Origin: Acutalibacteraceae bacterium
GTDB lineage: Bacteria; Bacillota; Clostridia; Oscillospirales; Acutalibacteraceae
DNA: 64,000 nt
NCBI GenBank assembly: GCA_045536305.1
Contig: JAZSNH010000029.1
Location: 56,225 to 120,224 of the forward strand
Direction of reading: 5' to 3'
Notes under the pieces: model-generated
The model's database searches: none
What the model saw: only the letters and a program-made list of their open reading frames with translations
Told to the model about the DNA's origin: nothing
In this document: positions 17,538 through 27,638 of the stretch, in pieces
How the letters are laid out: the number at the start of each line of letters is the position of its first letter
Position numbering within the stretch: position 1 is the first letter of the stretch
Program-made: the position numbers and the translations under genes

Positions 17538-17700
17538 CCGCGCTTAGGTTTAGTTTTATGACAAAAGGCCTGCAGGCACCGATGTACCTGCGGGTCTTTA
17601 TATTATATAAAACAGGCGCTGTCTGGTTTGATTTTTCGGGCGAACGGTGACGAAAAGCGTCGGATGAATGAAGTTTTTTTCACATATTCGCTTTTTTGTC

Positions 17701-17729
17701 TTGTCATACGGTCGATTCTACATTACAAT
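17701..17729 (+). promoter_or_regulatory. sigma-A promoter candidate for cysK
   Basis: TTGTCA (17701-17706), 17-nt spacer, TACAAT (17724-17729). Confidence 0.5.
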
Positions 17730-17765
17730 ACATTAGTATGTGTTTTATAAGAAGGGGTGTATTTT

Positions 17766-18698
17766 ATGATATATCAGAACGTACTGGACGCTGTCGGGCA
17801 CACTCCGATAGTTCAGTTAAATCGCATGGTCCCCGAAAACGCCGCGCGTGTTCTTGTCAAATACGAGGGACTGAATGTAGGCGGTTCGATAAAGACCCGA
17901 GTTGCCCTTAATATGATAGCCGCCGCTGAGCGCGAAGGAAAGCTGACGTCTGAATCCATCATCGTTGAGCCGACCTCGGGAAATCAGGGAATCGGCCTTG
18001 CGCTGATAGGCGCTGTCAGGGGATACCGCGTCAGGATAATCATGCCCGATTCCGTCAGCGTAGAGCGCAGAAAGCTTATGAGCCACTACGGCGCGGAGGT
18101 CGTGCTTGTGCACGATGCGGGAAATATCGGCGATGCCATACAGGAATGTCTTGAGCTTGCGCTTAAAATGCAGCGCGAGGATCCGAATGTTTATGTTCCC
18201 CAGCAGTTTACAAACCCTGCAAACCCGATGATCCACCGTCATCAAACGGGTCTTGAGATACTTGAGCAGGTGGGCGGACCTATTGACGGCTTCTGCTCGG
18301 GCATAGGTACGGGCGGTACACTCACAGGCATAGGCGAAACGCTGAAGGCACTCAATCCCGATATGCTTATATGGGCCGTTGAGCCCGAGAATGCCGCTAT
18401 TCTTGCAGGCGGAACGGTGGGCACACATCTCCAGATGGGCATAGGAGACGGACTTATTCCCGAGATACTCAATCAGAACATATACGAGGATATATACATC
18501 GTATCGGACGAAGAGGCGATATCCACAGCACGTGACCTTGCAAAAAAGGAAGGGCTTATGTGCGGCATTTCCTCAGGAACGAACGTTGCTGCAGCCATTC
18601 AGATGGCAAAAAAGCTCGGCCCCGGCAAGACTGTTGTAACGGTACTTCCCGACACCGCAGAGCGTTACTTCTCTACCCCGTTGTTTGACGGCGAATAA
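17766..18698 (+). CDS. cysK: cysteine synthase A (O-acetylserine sulfhydrylase)
   Basis: ORF track 17757..18698. ATG 17766 is 8 nt after GAAGGGG. PLP-Lys motif GGSIKTRVA, plus TSGNQGIGLA and GISSG, are typical of CysK/CysM. Confidence 0.9.
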   Translation: MIYQNVLDAVGHTPIVQLNRMVPENAARVLVKYEGLNVGGSIKTRVALNMIAAAEREGKLTSESIIVEPTSGNQGIGLALIGAVRGYRVRIIMPDSVSVERRKLMSHYGAEVVLVHDAGNIGDAIQECLELALKMQREDPNVYVPQQFTNPANPMIHRHQTGLEILEQVGGPIDGFCSGIGTGGTLTGIGETLKALNPDMLIWAVEPENAAILAGGTVGTHLQMGIGDGLIPEILNQNIYEDIYIVSDEEAISTARDLAKKEGLMCGISSGTNVAAAIQMAKKLGPGKTVVTVLPDTAERYFSTPLFDGE

Positions 18699-18733
18699 GC
18701 TGACAGGCTTTTAGCCGATTAAAATACAGCTTT

Positions 18734-18770
18734 GCACCGAGGCGCCCGTTATCGGCGGCTCGGTGCTTTT
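18734..18770 (+). terminator. intrinsic terminator after cysK
   Basis: GCACCGAGgCGCC-loop-GGCGgCTCGGTGC (12 bp plus one mismatch) followed by TTTTGT. Confidence 0.75.
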
Positions 18771-18948
18771 GTCTGCATGCGGCCGAAAAATTCAAATTTA
18801 TCTGTTTGCTGTATGTATTATATCATAATTTACGAATGAATTATAATGCTCGTTCTGAACCGATAGGGGGTGTGTCAGTTCGGGCTTGTCTTTTATTTAC
18901 GAGTTTTTCTGTTTTGCAAAACGGGATTTGATTTATTGAGGTATATAT

Positions 18949-19066
18949 CAGGCTCCCTCTGATGAGGGAGCTGTCGAAATCGCTTGCGATTTTGACTGAG
19001 GGAGAGATTATTTAAAATATATTTTTCTCTCTCCACTCCCCTCATCAGAGGGAGGCAATTAAAGCG
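18949..19066. repeat. composite intergenic repeat (head module as at 1548-1594, tail module as at 8277-8302)
   Basis: CAGGCTCCCTCTGATGAGGGAGCTGTC...GACTGAGGGAGAG (18949-19006) shares both ends with 1548-1594 but has a different inner hairpin (GTCGAAATCGC-tt-GCGATTTTGAC). CTCCACTCCCCTCATCAGAGGGAGGCA (19031-19057) matches 8277-8302. Confidence 0.8.
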
Positions 19067-19290
19067 GCAACGTTTATTTAATCAATAAATGGAAATTTTC
19101 ATCTGCATTATAAATATATTTTGGCGTAAAATTTTGGCTGTTCATACAATTTACAGCGTGCATGGCTTATCGCTGTTGCTTATTTTTGAAAATTGGTGTA
19201 TAGTAAAATCAGGGAAATTTCTGTATTCTTAAATCAGTTATATTTCATAATGCTGTTATCGATAAAAATTCATGAAAAGAAGGGAAAAAT

Positions 19291-20223
19291 ATGAAAAATG
19301 ATCTTGCTGTAAGGCTTGTTGACAGTGTGTCCTCCGCACTGGTCGGAAAACGTGATGCCGCCGAGCTGGCTGTCATAACTCTGCTTGCCGGAGGTCATCT
19401 GCTTGTAGAGGACGTGCCCGGTGTGGGAAAAACCACCCTTTCTCTCGCTGTCGCCGCGGCAAGCGGCTGCTCCTTCGGCAGAATACAGTTTACGCCCGAT
19501 ACCATGCCGTCGGATGTTTTCGGCGTGAGTATATATGACAGTGCGAGCGGCGATTTCAAATACAAGCCGGGCGTTATTATGAAAAATATCATACTTGCCG
19601 ACGAGATAAACCGCACTCCGCCGAAAACGCAGTCTGCACTGCTCGAAGCGATGGAGGAGCATCAGGTGACGGTTGACGGAATATCCTACAGCCTCCCCGA
19701 ACCGTTTTTTGTCGTCGCAACACAGAATCCCATCGAGCATACAGGTACATATCCGCTGCCCGAGGCTCAGCTTGACCGCTTTATGATGAGGATATCAATT
19801 GGATATCCCGAGCCGTCCGACGAGGAGGCGCTTATAGCCAGAGCTATCGCAGGGGAAGGAAAGATCATTCCCGAGGCGGTCATTGACCCTCGGACCCTGC
19901 GAGATATGCAGAGGGAAGTAAGAAAAGTGACCGTTTGTCAGGAGGTTATCTCCTACATAATTTCGCTCGTATCCCTCACTCGCGAAAGCGATGATCTTGT
20001 GCTCGGCGCAAGTCCGCGCTCGTCGATCGCACTGACAAATGCCGCGCAGGCGGCTGCGTATGTAAGCGGCAGAGATTATGTTACACCGGGCGATGTTAAA
20101 AGGGTTTGGGAGCCTGTTATGATACACAGGATCTCAGCTTCGGCAAAGGCACGTGCCGTCGGTCATGATGCAGCATGGGTCGTAAGGCATATCCGCAGCA
20201 ATACGAAAGTGCCGATGCTCTGA
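19291..20223 (+). CDS. MoxR-family AAA+ ATPase
   Basis: 310 aa. Walker A GVPGVGKT, Walker B ILADEINR and the TPPKTQSALLEAMEE sensor region are typical of MoxR/AAA_3. Confidence 0.9.
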   Translation: MKNDLAVRLVDSVSSALVGKRDAAELAVITLLAGGHLLVEDVPGVGKTTLSLAVAAASGCSFGRIQFTPDTMPSDVFGVSIYDSASGDFKYKPGVIMKNIILADEINRTPPKTQSALLEAMEEHQVTVDGISYSLPEPFFVVATQNPIEHTGTYPLPEAQLDRFMMRISIGYPEPSDEEALIARAIAGEGKIIPEAVIDPRTLRDMQREVRKVTVCQEVISYIISLVSLTRESDDLVLGASPRSSIALTNAAQAAAYVSGRDYVTPGDVKRVWEPVMIHRISASAKARAVGHDAAWVVRHIRSNTKVPML

Positions 20224-20242
20224 TATTAACGGAGGTAAAGGC

Positions 20243-21370
20243 ATGAAAACACGCAGATTTCTGGTAATAGCCTTTTTCGTGCTGGCGGTGTTTCTTGCCA
20301 GCATCCGTTCGGGCACGTTGGTCTATGCATTGCTTTATATATCGGTGCTCTTGCCTGTGCTTTCGATACTTTATACGCTTGTCGTGTATGAGCGCATGAA
20401 AATACATCAGAGCATCGAATCGCGCAGCACCGTCAAAAATAAGCCTGTGCCCTATGTGTGCAGAATAATGAACGAAACAAAATTTGTTTCGTTCACTCAG
20501 ATAGAGCTTAAATTTCACAAGGATCTTTCCGAGATAACAAACACAAAGGAAAAGCAGGTCTTCACGCTGCCTGCGGGATCGACGGAAGAAATCAGAGCCG
20601 ATGTTATATGCAGAAGAAGAGGCAGGTATACTATCGGTGTTGAGAAAATACTGATAAGCGACGTGCTCGGACTTTTCAGGCCGTCCTTTAATCCCCCTGT
20701 CGAATATCCCGTTACGGTTTATCCTCGGGTAGTGCAGCTCGACAGCTTAAGTATTTTCAGCTTTGAAGGGATCAGGTCGGCAAGCTCCTACGGTTCGCAC
20801 GAGACAATGGCAGGAGATACAGTGCACGAATATGTTGCAGGCGACGATCCGCGCATGATACACTGGAAGGCAAGCGCGCGCACAGGCGTGCTTCAGGTGC
20901 GTCAGATAAGCGGTGTTGAACGGCCGAGGATGGTCATAGTCGTCGATATGCGAAAATTTTCCGAGGGTGAAGCTGCGATAGTGCGCGAGGACAATCTCCT
21001 TGAGGCACTGCTCGCTATATGTGACTACGGTGTTTCGCGCGGCATTGATGTTGATGTCTATGCAGGCGATAACCATTTCTTCCTGAGAGATAACAACGAT
21101 TTTAATGAATTGTACGAATGGAGCGGTACGATGGAGTTTTCAAGGACCGCACCGCCTGTGCAGGTTCCTGATGTAAACCTTACATGCTGTGCTGTGCTTT
21201 CCTCGGGACAGATCGGGGATGCAGCGGCAGGCCTTATAAATGCCGCCGAGGCAGGTGCGGAATGTGTTCTGATGGAGTTCGGCAGCGGATCGGAAGTATA
21301 CGAGGCGCCAAGGCTGAAATACATCTGTGTACCTGACGACTGTGACATAATTGAGATTTTGAGCAAATAA
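20243..21370 (+). CDS. DUF58 domain protein (MoxR partner, vWA-like)
   Basis: 375 aa. Two N-terminal TM helices and the DUF58 signature HEYVAGDDPRMIHWKASAR. GGAGG RBS. Confidence 0.85.
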   Translation: MKTRRFLVIAFFVLAVFLASIRSGTLVYALLYISVLLPVLSILYTLVVYERMKIHQSIESRSTVKNKPVPYVCRIMNETKFVSFTQIELKFHKDLSEITNTKEKQVFTLPAGSTEEIRADVICRRRGRYTIGVEKILISDVLGLFRPSFNPPVEYPVTVYPRVVQLDSLSIFSFEGIRSASSYGSHETMAGDTVHEYVAGDDPRMIHWKASARTGVLQVRQISGVERPRMVIVVDMRKFSEGEAAIVREDNLLEALLAICDYGVSRGIDVDVYAGDNHFFLRDNNDFNELYEWSGTMEFSRTAPPVQVPDVNLTCCAVLSSGQIGDAAAGLINAAEAGAECVLMEFGSGSEVYEAPRLKYICVPDDCDIIEILSK

Positions 21371-23484
21371 TGAAAAAGATTACATTTTCAAAGATCAATT
21401 TTAAGAAAATACTCAACGCCATTCCTCGCGGAGCTGCTGCGGCAATATTGTCGTCGGCGCTGGCCGCTTTGATAATCGCGACTCTGCTGCCTGAGAGTGC
21501 GGATAATTTTTTCCTCTCCGCGCTGATGATAATGTGCGCGGTGTTCTCCCTGCTTATGGAGCTTGTGCGTTTGCCCAAGGCGGTAAATATCCTTATTCCG
21601 TCACTTTGCGCCGCAGGCGGTGCCGCTGCACTGCTCATACCGCGAGGAGAGGAAAGAAAAAGCCTTCTTTTCATGCTCATAAATGAAAAAGGCGCTGCGG
21701 CAGAAGAAATAATTCTGCCCTGCGTATGCTTTTGCGTAGTGCTGTGCGCGCTCGTCTGCACAGTCAACCGAAGCTTTGTGCTTCGATGCATAACAGCAGG
21801 CGGCACGGCAGTGTCCTTCATCATGCTTATTATGATGAAGATGAGCCTGATGCCGATAATTATGATATTGCTTCTTGCATATACGCTGATAGTTGTCTGT
21901 CAGGTGTTTGCCCCGAAAAGCAGGGAAGAAGGAAAAAAGAGGCAGGAGCCGTGGTATGTTTTTATCTGTGCTGCCGCTGTGGTTATCGCGGTTATGCTTC
22001 CAATGCCTGAAACGCGCATACCGTGGGAAAAGCTGATACATCTTAATAATACGGACGGGCTCGTTCAGCTCGGCGAGGTGCTGGATATAGACAAGCTGGA
22101 GGAAGAGCCCGAACCGGAAAACAAAACAGGCTATGACGAGGATGTTTCGAGCATGGGAGGCTGGATAGAGGTCTCGGAGGGTCTCCCTGTCGAGGTCTCC
22201 TTCAGTGACGGCGCTTTTGCCGACCGTCTGACAGGCAGTATTTATGATTCCTACACGGGAAAGGGCTGGCTCAGCACGATATCGCTGACAGATACGGGCT
22301 ATATGTCAGCGGCAGATAATGCATCCTCTTCGGAGAATAATATCCTTGATACCGATGGTTACTCAAGAGCGACTGTCAGGAAAATCAGTACAGTCGGCGA
22401 GACTGTGTTCAGTCCACCATACACTGTTGCAGTAACTACAAAAGAGGGCATCGGAACGGAGCGAAGCGGAAGCAGACTTGTTTTCAGCAAACCGCGCAGC
22501 GGCCGTTATACGGTGTATTTTGCAGACAGTCTGCCCGACTGCCTGATAACAGATGATGAACGAAAGGCATATCTCGCGCTTCCCGACACTCTGCCGCCGA
22601 GAGTTGCAGATTTTGCACACAGCGTCACCGACGGAATATCGGGAGATGCGGCAAAGGCAGATGCGCTTATGAAGGCTTTGTCTCGGTATAAATATGAGAC
22701 AAAGGTGAGCAGTGTGCCGAAGAAAAGCGATTTTGTCGATTACTTCCTCTTTTCCTCGCGCGAAGGCTACTGCGAATATTTTGCAAGCGCAATGGCGGTG
22801 CTGGCGCGCTGTGAGGGCATACCGTCGCGCTTTGTTATAGGATATGCTGTTCCAAACAGCAAAGAGGAGATAGTAAGGATAAGCAACGCTAACGCTCATG
22901 CATGGGCAGAGCTTTATATCGAAGACAGCGGATGGGTGATATATGACCCTGCCGCCGAAAATGCCGCGGTCTATGCCGAAAATGCCGCGGCCGAAGAAAA
23001 AGAGGAGCAGAAGGACGACGGAATATTCAACAAGGAAAATATGGCCGCACTCAGAAAGACCCTTCTTTATGCATACGCTGCAATAGCAGGCTTTGTTGTG
23101 CTGTTTTTCATTTTCCGTCCCTTTGTTATCCGAATTATAAAAAACATACAGCTTGCAGGCAAATACAGAAAAAAGGCAGGCTATAAGACCCTGCGCCGCT
23201 GCAGCAGATTGCTTTGGACATTGTCGGCATGCGGCATAAGGCGTATTCAGAGCGAAACAGCCGACGAGTTCGGAGAGCGTGTGACATCGCAGTTTACATG
23301 GCTCAGCGCATCGGCATCGGAAAAGCTTAAAAAGCTGCTTGAGCAGACAGGCAGGATACTTTATTCTGCCGAGGAATTTAATGAAAAAGGTGTTTTGGGT
23401 GCAGCGCGTGCAGTGCGCCGCTCATACATCGGCAAGTACGGCATTTTCCGTTATATTCGAGGCTGGTGGCGCGCTGATATATAG
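21370..23484 (+). CDS. transglutaminase-like domain membrane protein
   Basis: 704 aa, starting in a TAATG overlap with the DUF58 stop. It has a multi-TM N-terminus and a Cys-His-Asp core (GYCEYFASAMAVLARCEGIPSRFVIGY, HAWAELY, VIYDP). Confidence 0.85.
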   Translation: MKKITFSKINFKKILNAIPRGAAAAILSSALAALIIATLLPESADNFFLSALMIMCAVFSLLMELVRLPKAVNILIPSLCAAGGAAALLIPRGEERKSLLFMLINEKGAAAEEIILPCVCFCVVLCALVCTVNRSFVLRCITAGGTAVSFIMLIMMKMSLMPIIMILLLAYTLIVVCQVFAPKSREEGKKRQEPWYVFICAAAVVIAVMLPMPETRIPWEKLIHLNNTDGLVQLGEVLDIDKLEEEPEPENKTGYDEDVSSMGGWIEVSEGLPVEVSFSDGAFADRLTGSIYDSYTGKGWLSTISLTDTGYMSAADNASSSENNILDTDGYSRATVRKISTVGETVFSPPYTVAVTTKEGIGTERSGSRLVFSKPRSGRYTVYFADSLPDCLITDDERKAYLALPDTLPPRVADFAHSVTDGISGDAAKADALMKALSRYKYETKVSSVPKKSDFVDYFLFSSREGYCEYFASAMAVLARCEGIPSRFVIGYAVPNSKEEIVRISNANAHAWAELYIEDSGWVIYDPAAENAAVYAENAAAEEKEEQKDDGIFNKENMAALRKTLLYAYAAIAGFVVLFFIFRPFVIRIIKNIQLAGKYRKKAGYKTLRRCSRLLWTLSACGIRRIQSETADEFGERVTSQFTWLSASASEKLKKLLEQTGRILYSAEEFNEKGVLGAARAVRRSYIGKYGIFRYIRGWWRADI

Positions 23485-23492
23485 ATAGAACA

Positions 23493-23523
23493 AGCACCCG
23501 ACCATAAAAAGGTCGGGTGCTTT
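23493..23523. terminator. bidirectional terminator between convergent genes
   Basis: AGCACCCGACC-ataaaaa-GGTCGGGTGCT followed by TT. It lies between the stops at 23484 (+) and 23553 (-). Confidence 0.7.
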
Positions 23524-23552
23524 ATACATATTTGCGAAAAACGGAAAAAGCC

Positions 23553-26474
23553 TTAATCTGAGAGCTTTTTATTTTGCTCTGTTTTAAGCTGTTCTGCTGC
23601 GGCTTTATAGTCCTCAAGCTGTTCATCGCTGAGCTTGAACGCGCTTTTTAGCTGAGAATATGCCATGTCGGGTTTAAATGAGAGGAAGCTTCTTATGTTC
23701 TTCCATTGCTGGTTGAGTGTTTTCGGACCCGGGAAGCCAAGCGCCTTGTATTGCCGTGTCAGCTCAGGCTGTATGTATGCGGTCAGCTCATCGAGGATAG
23801 CGGTTGTGCGCTCGGTGTTGAAGGTGTGTTTGATGTGGTAGCAGTACAGGGTTATGAATCGGTCGCGAAACTGCTTGTTTTTAAGCAGATTACGCATGAT
23901 TTTGTTGTTTTGGATATACGGCAGCTGCTTTGTTGTCAGCAGCTTGCTTTCTATCATATTCGTGTCCCATGTAGTGTGCCACATCGCCCAGTCCATGTCG
24001 TATATCATCCATCTCCACTTGCCTGTGTCGCGCACGCGGAAGCATTTGATGTTTCCTATGTCGAGGTTGCAGAAATAGGTTTCGACTATCCAGAAGTTTA
24101 TCAGAGAATCTATATCTATCTGCTCGGCGGCAATGGCATATTCGCTGTCCTTTTTCATATCGTGTGAATCGATATAATCGACCATTGCAAGATATTGCGA
24201 TGCACTTCCCGTAACGACCTGACGATTACCCTTGACAATGTCGAGGGTGTCTTTGTCATAACCGTACTTGTATTTGGCGTAATTTGCATCAAGCCGTTCG
24301 CGCACAAAGTAAAGTCCCCAGTAAGTGCCGTTGACATAGAGTGCGGCAGGCTGTGATTCCTGATAATCAAGGTCCATTCCCCTGATTACAAGAGGGATAA
24401 AGTCGTCACGAATCTTCGAGGTGACCTGATCCTCACCGCCCGGTCTCAGCAGAAGGCTCGAAAAGGAATCGACGCTGTGCTCTCCGAAGAAGGGGTAATT
24501 TACTTCGTTTTCGCCGTATTTTTCGCGCAGACGCAGGCGAAGACCCTTTTGGGTGTATTCGCGTGAGCTGTAGCCGAATAATGCGGCGCCTGCGTCAAAC
24601 TCAACGGCCTTAAGTCCGTGTTTGTCGTAATATTCTATGTGGCAGGCGTATTCCTCCCTGCAGGAGGAATCGTACATAAGGCCTGTTTTTTCGTTCGATA
24701 TTTTGCCTGGGTCTCCCGAAAGGCTGACAACGGGGATATTATGCTCATCTGCGACAAAATAGGTTTCCGTTACGACATCGCTTTGAAGATGACTTTCGGA
24801 AAACGCGGCAAACCGAAGAACGGTTGTCTTGTTTATTGTAAGAGCGGTGCTGTATTCCTTCGAGGAGGCAGTGGGCACTGAGCCGTCGGTGGTGTATCTT
24901 ATGACAGCGCCCTCCTCTGCAGACAGGGAGATCTTTGTGCCCTTGCTTACAAATCCGCCGCAGATCGATGCGGTCGGCTGCTCGGTATAGCCGCGGTAGC
25001 CCGTCGCATTTTCAGAACCCGGAGTCGGTGTGGTAAAGAACCAACGTATCGAGGTGTCTGCATTCAGCCTTCCGCTGGTGACCGAATTTCGCTGTTTGCC
25101 GGATTCAAAGAAGTCACACACATTGCCCTGCGGATCGGTAAGGTAAAGCTTTTCGCCTCCCGAGCTGAGCTTGGTGTTTGCATGGAGGGCGCTTTTGGGG
25201 TTTACGGCATTTATGCCGTCACAGTATACAAGGATATAGGAATCAGGCTGAAGGGAAACATCGGGGAAGGTGAAAAACGGCACTCCTATATCGTTTCCAA
25301 GAGTGTAGCCAATGAGGGACACTGCCTTGTCCGAATAATTGTAAAGCTCTATATAATCCGATGAGTTTGCGGAATCCTCATCGGAGACGGCGCAGACCTC
25401 GTTTATTATAACGTCGCGCGAAAGCACGGCAGAAAGGGAATGGGAATCTCCGAGGACAAGAATATGGTTTTCGCCCTGCGGTGTGGGCTGTGAAGAAAAC
25501 TGATAGCTTCCCGATGTATCGATACAGACCGAAATGTTTTCGCCGCCGTATTTAAGCTCAAGCTCCTGTGCGAGAATGTTTTCATTTGTCCAAAGGGCGA
25601 AATAATTGGAATTTCTGCCCAGAGTAAAGTTTGTGTGAAGCTCTCCGTTTACTGACTTGTCCTTTCCCGAGCAGTAGACGATAAGATATTTGCCCGCACC
25701 GAGGATTGTGCCCTCGGGGAAGCACCACTTTTTTGAATCGGAGAGGCTGTCGGTAAGCGAGAAGCCGTCGAGAAGAAGATCTTCACTGCCGAAATTGTGC
25801 AGCTCTATCCAATTGCTGTATTCAAGGTCGCAGTCTCTTATGCCCATGGAGTTTTTAAGCATATATTCGCTTATTTCGACAGAACACATCGTATAGGCAA
25901 GGGCGTTTGCGGATTCGGCACAGCTTCCGCTGTTGGGAGCATTGAAGGAAGGGCTGAGCCAGAACATGAGCTTGTTAGAATCGCCGCGTCCGTAGGAAAT
26001 ATTTTCTCTCAGCGCAGGCACTTCCATTCTGTCTATCTCCACACCGGATTGAGCATAAAGCACAAGGGTCTCGCCGTCTGAGGACAGGCCGAAGGGTGCG
26101 GTGGGATGGGAGTCCGAATCGGAGAGCGCGGACGAAAGATAAATGGTCTTATAGCTGTAGGGTTCAACAGTAATGCCGTCGAGAGAATATCTGAACGGTC
26201 GGGCTTCGTCATCGGTCAGCCAGCAGCCGTCGAGCTTTGCGGGTGTATTGCTGTCATTGTACAATTCTACCCAGTCGGTGTACTTGCCGCTCGGGTGAGG
26301 CGCATATTTTGAATTGCTGCTCATTACCTCGTTTATATATACGTTATAGGTCGTTTCCTTCGGTGTCTTCTCTGAGGAAAGGGAAATAAGCAGAAAAACG
26401 ACCGATGCCGCAAGAGTGCATACAAGAATGATAACAGCATTTTTTATTTTATTCAGATCAAATTTTTGAGACAT
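23553..26474 (-). CDS. CotH kinase-family protein with three lamin-tail domains (LTD)
   Basis: ORF track 23553..26492. ATG 26474 is 8 nt after AAGGA and precedes an N-terminal TM anchor. Three LTD motifs are present (INEVM...DWVELYN, ISEYM...NWIELHN, INEVC...DYIELYN). The C-terminal half has CotH-like segments (YPFFGEHSVDSFSSLLLRPGGED, GLYFVRERLD, WRWMIYDMDWA). Confidence 0.8.
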   Translation of the reverse strand: MSQKFDLNKIKNAVIILVCTLAASVVFLLISLSSEKTPKETTYNVYINEVMSSNSKYAPHPSGKYTDWVELYNDSNTPAKLDGCWLTDDEARPFRYSLDGITVEPYSYKTIYLSSALSDSDSHPTAPFGLSSDGETLVLYAQSGVEIDRMEVPALRENISYGRGDSNKLMFWLSPSFNAPNSGSCAESANALAYTMCSVEISEYMLKNSMGIRDCDLEYSNWIELHNFGSEDLLLDGFSLTDSLSDSKKWCFPEGTILGAGKYLIVYCSGKDKSVNGELHTNFTLGRNSNYFALWTNENILAQELELKYGGENISVCIDTSGSYQFSSQPTPQGENHILVLGDSHSLSAVLSRDVIINEVCAVSDEDSANSSDYIELYNYSDKAVSLIGYTLGNDIGVPFFTFPDVSLQPDSYILVYCDGINAVNPKSALHANTKLSSGGEKLYLTDPQGNVCDFFESGKQRNSVTSGRLNADTSIRWFFTTPTPGSENATGYRGYTEQPTASICGGFVSKGTKISLSAEEGAVIRYTTDGSVPTASSKEYSTALTINKTTVLRFAAFSESHLQSDVVTETYFVADEHNIPVVSLSGDPGKISNEKTGLMYDSSCREEYACHIEYYDKHGLKAVEFDAGAALFGYSSREYTQKGLRLRLREKYGENEVNYPFFGEHSVDSFSSLLLRPGGEDQVTSKIRDDFIPLVIRGMDLDYQESQPAALYVNGTYWGLYFVRERLDANYAKYKYGYDKDTLDIVKGNRQVVTGSASQYLAMVDYIDSHDMKKDSEYAIAAEQIDIDSLINFWIVETYFCNLDIGNIKCFRVRDTGKWRWMIYDMDWAMWHTTWDTNMIESKLLTTKQLPYIQNNKIMRNLLKNKQFRDRFITLYCYHIKHTFNTERTTAILDELTAYIQPELTRQYKALGFPGPKTLNQQWKNIRSFLSFKPDMAYSQLKSAFKLSDEQLEDYKAAAEQLKTEQNKKLSD

Positions 26475-26488
26475 AATATTCATCCTTA

Positions 26489-27508
26489 TCAATATGCGGA
26501 GGTGTTGTTTATCCTTCCCGGAGTGGGCATGGAGCAGCGCAGATAAGTGCCGTCGGCGGCAAGGACTGCGGACACGTTTTTGTCGAGCTCCGGCACGAAT
26601 GAATAAGAGTTTTTGTATCCGAGCGGAGTCAGCAGTGCGATCATGTCATCCGAAGTACTGAGTCTGAAGGAGGTGTGAAGAAAGCCCTTGGAATCGAGCT
26701 TGTCCTTGCCCGAGCAGAATATGAGCAGATATCCCTTGGAGGGAATGACGGTGCCCTCGGGGAAGTACCATTTTCCGTCCAGAGCAGAGCTGTCGCACAG
26801 AGAATAGCCGTCAAGAGACAGATCGTTTTCCGTGCGGTTATAAAGCTCTATCCAGTCGCTGTAATCGCCGTCGGCATCGTACAGTATCTTGGTGTTGTTT
26901 ATCATATATTCGTTTATGACCACATCGATCCTGCCAATGTTAAGACCCTCGATAGTGTCGGAGAAAGCACCCGAATTAGGCTGCATAGGAGTAGGCTGTG
27001 CATACCAGCCGCAGCCTGTCCCCTCTTCGCTCAGTCCGTATGAGAGGTTTTCCTCGGAGGGCGGAATGCAGAGCCTTGCAAGCTCGGTAAGCTCGGGGGA
27101 ATACAGCATGACGGTTTCACCGTCGGAGGAGAGCTTGAACGAGGCGTGAAGCTCGTCCTTTTCAAGGCAGTCTCTGTCGGACATATATATGAGCGCATAT
27201 CCGTAGGCTTCGATAGAAAGGCTTGGAATAAGCCACTTTGCAGGGACGTTCTCATCGTCGGAAAGGTAGCAGTTTGTAAGAATTATTTTGGAAGAGCTCG
27301 TGTTGTGCAGCTCTATCCAGTCGTAATGCTTGCCGTCCGAGCATTTGGCGTAATCGGTATTATCGGTCATTGCCTCGTTTATAACCACCGTGCCGGGATA
27401 AAGCGCCTCTGTGTGGGTGAGCTGGTCGAGCGCGGCATTTTTAATGCCGCTGCAGCCGGTTAGGAGTAGAAGCGCGGATAATATAAATACAACGAAATGT
27501 CGTTTCAT
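26489..27508 (-). CDS. lamin-tail-domain lipoprotein (two LTDs)
   Basis: ORF track 26489..27565. ATG 27508 follows a GGAGGT RBS and gives MKRHFVVFILSALLLLTGCSG (lipobox). There are two INE.M...DWIEL(H/Y)N LTD motifs. Confidence 0.75.
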   Translation of the reverse strand: MKRHFVVFILSALLLLTGCSGIKNAALDQLTHTEALYPGTVVINEAMTDNTDYAKCSDGKHYDWIELHNTSSSKIILTNCYLSDDENVPAKWLIPSLSIEAYGYALIYMSDRDCLEKDELHASFKLSSDGETVMLYSPELTELARLCIPPSEENLSYGLSEEGTGCGWYAQPTPMQPNSGAFSDTIEGLNIGRIDVVINEYMINNTKILYDADGDYSDWIELYNRTENDLSLDGYSLCDSSALDGKWYFPEGTVIPSKGYLLIFCSGKDKLDSKGFLHTSFRLSTSDDMIALLTPLGYKNSYSFVPELDKNVSAVLAADGTYLRCSMPTPGRINNTSAY

Positions 27509-27638
27509 AGAATACCTCCGAAAAGCTGTGCCGAAAACAGACGATAACCGCTGTAAAAACAGCATTGTGACAAATAAAATTTATCATAGGAGATATTAAA
27601 TGTCAACCAAAGAGGAGGTAATGCCTCAGGTTGATTTA

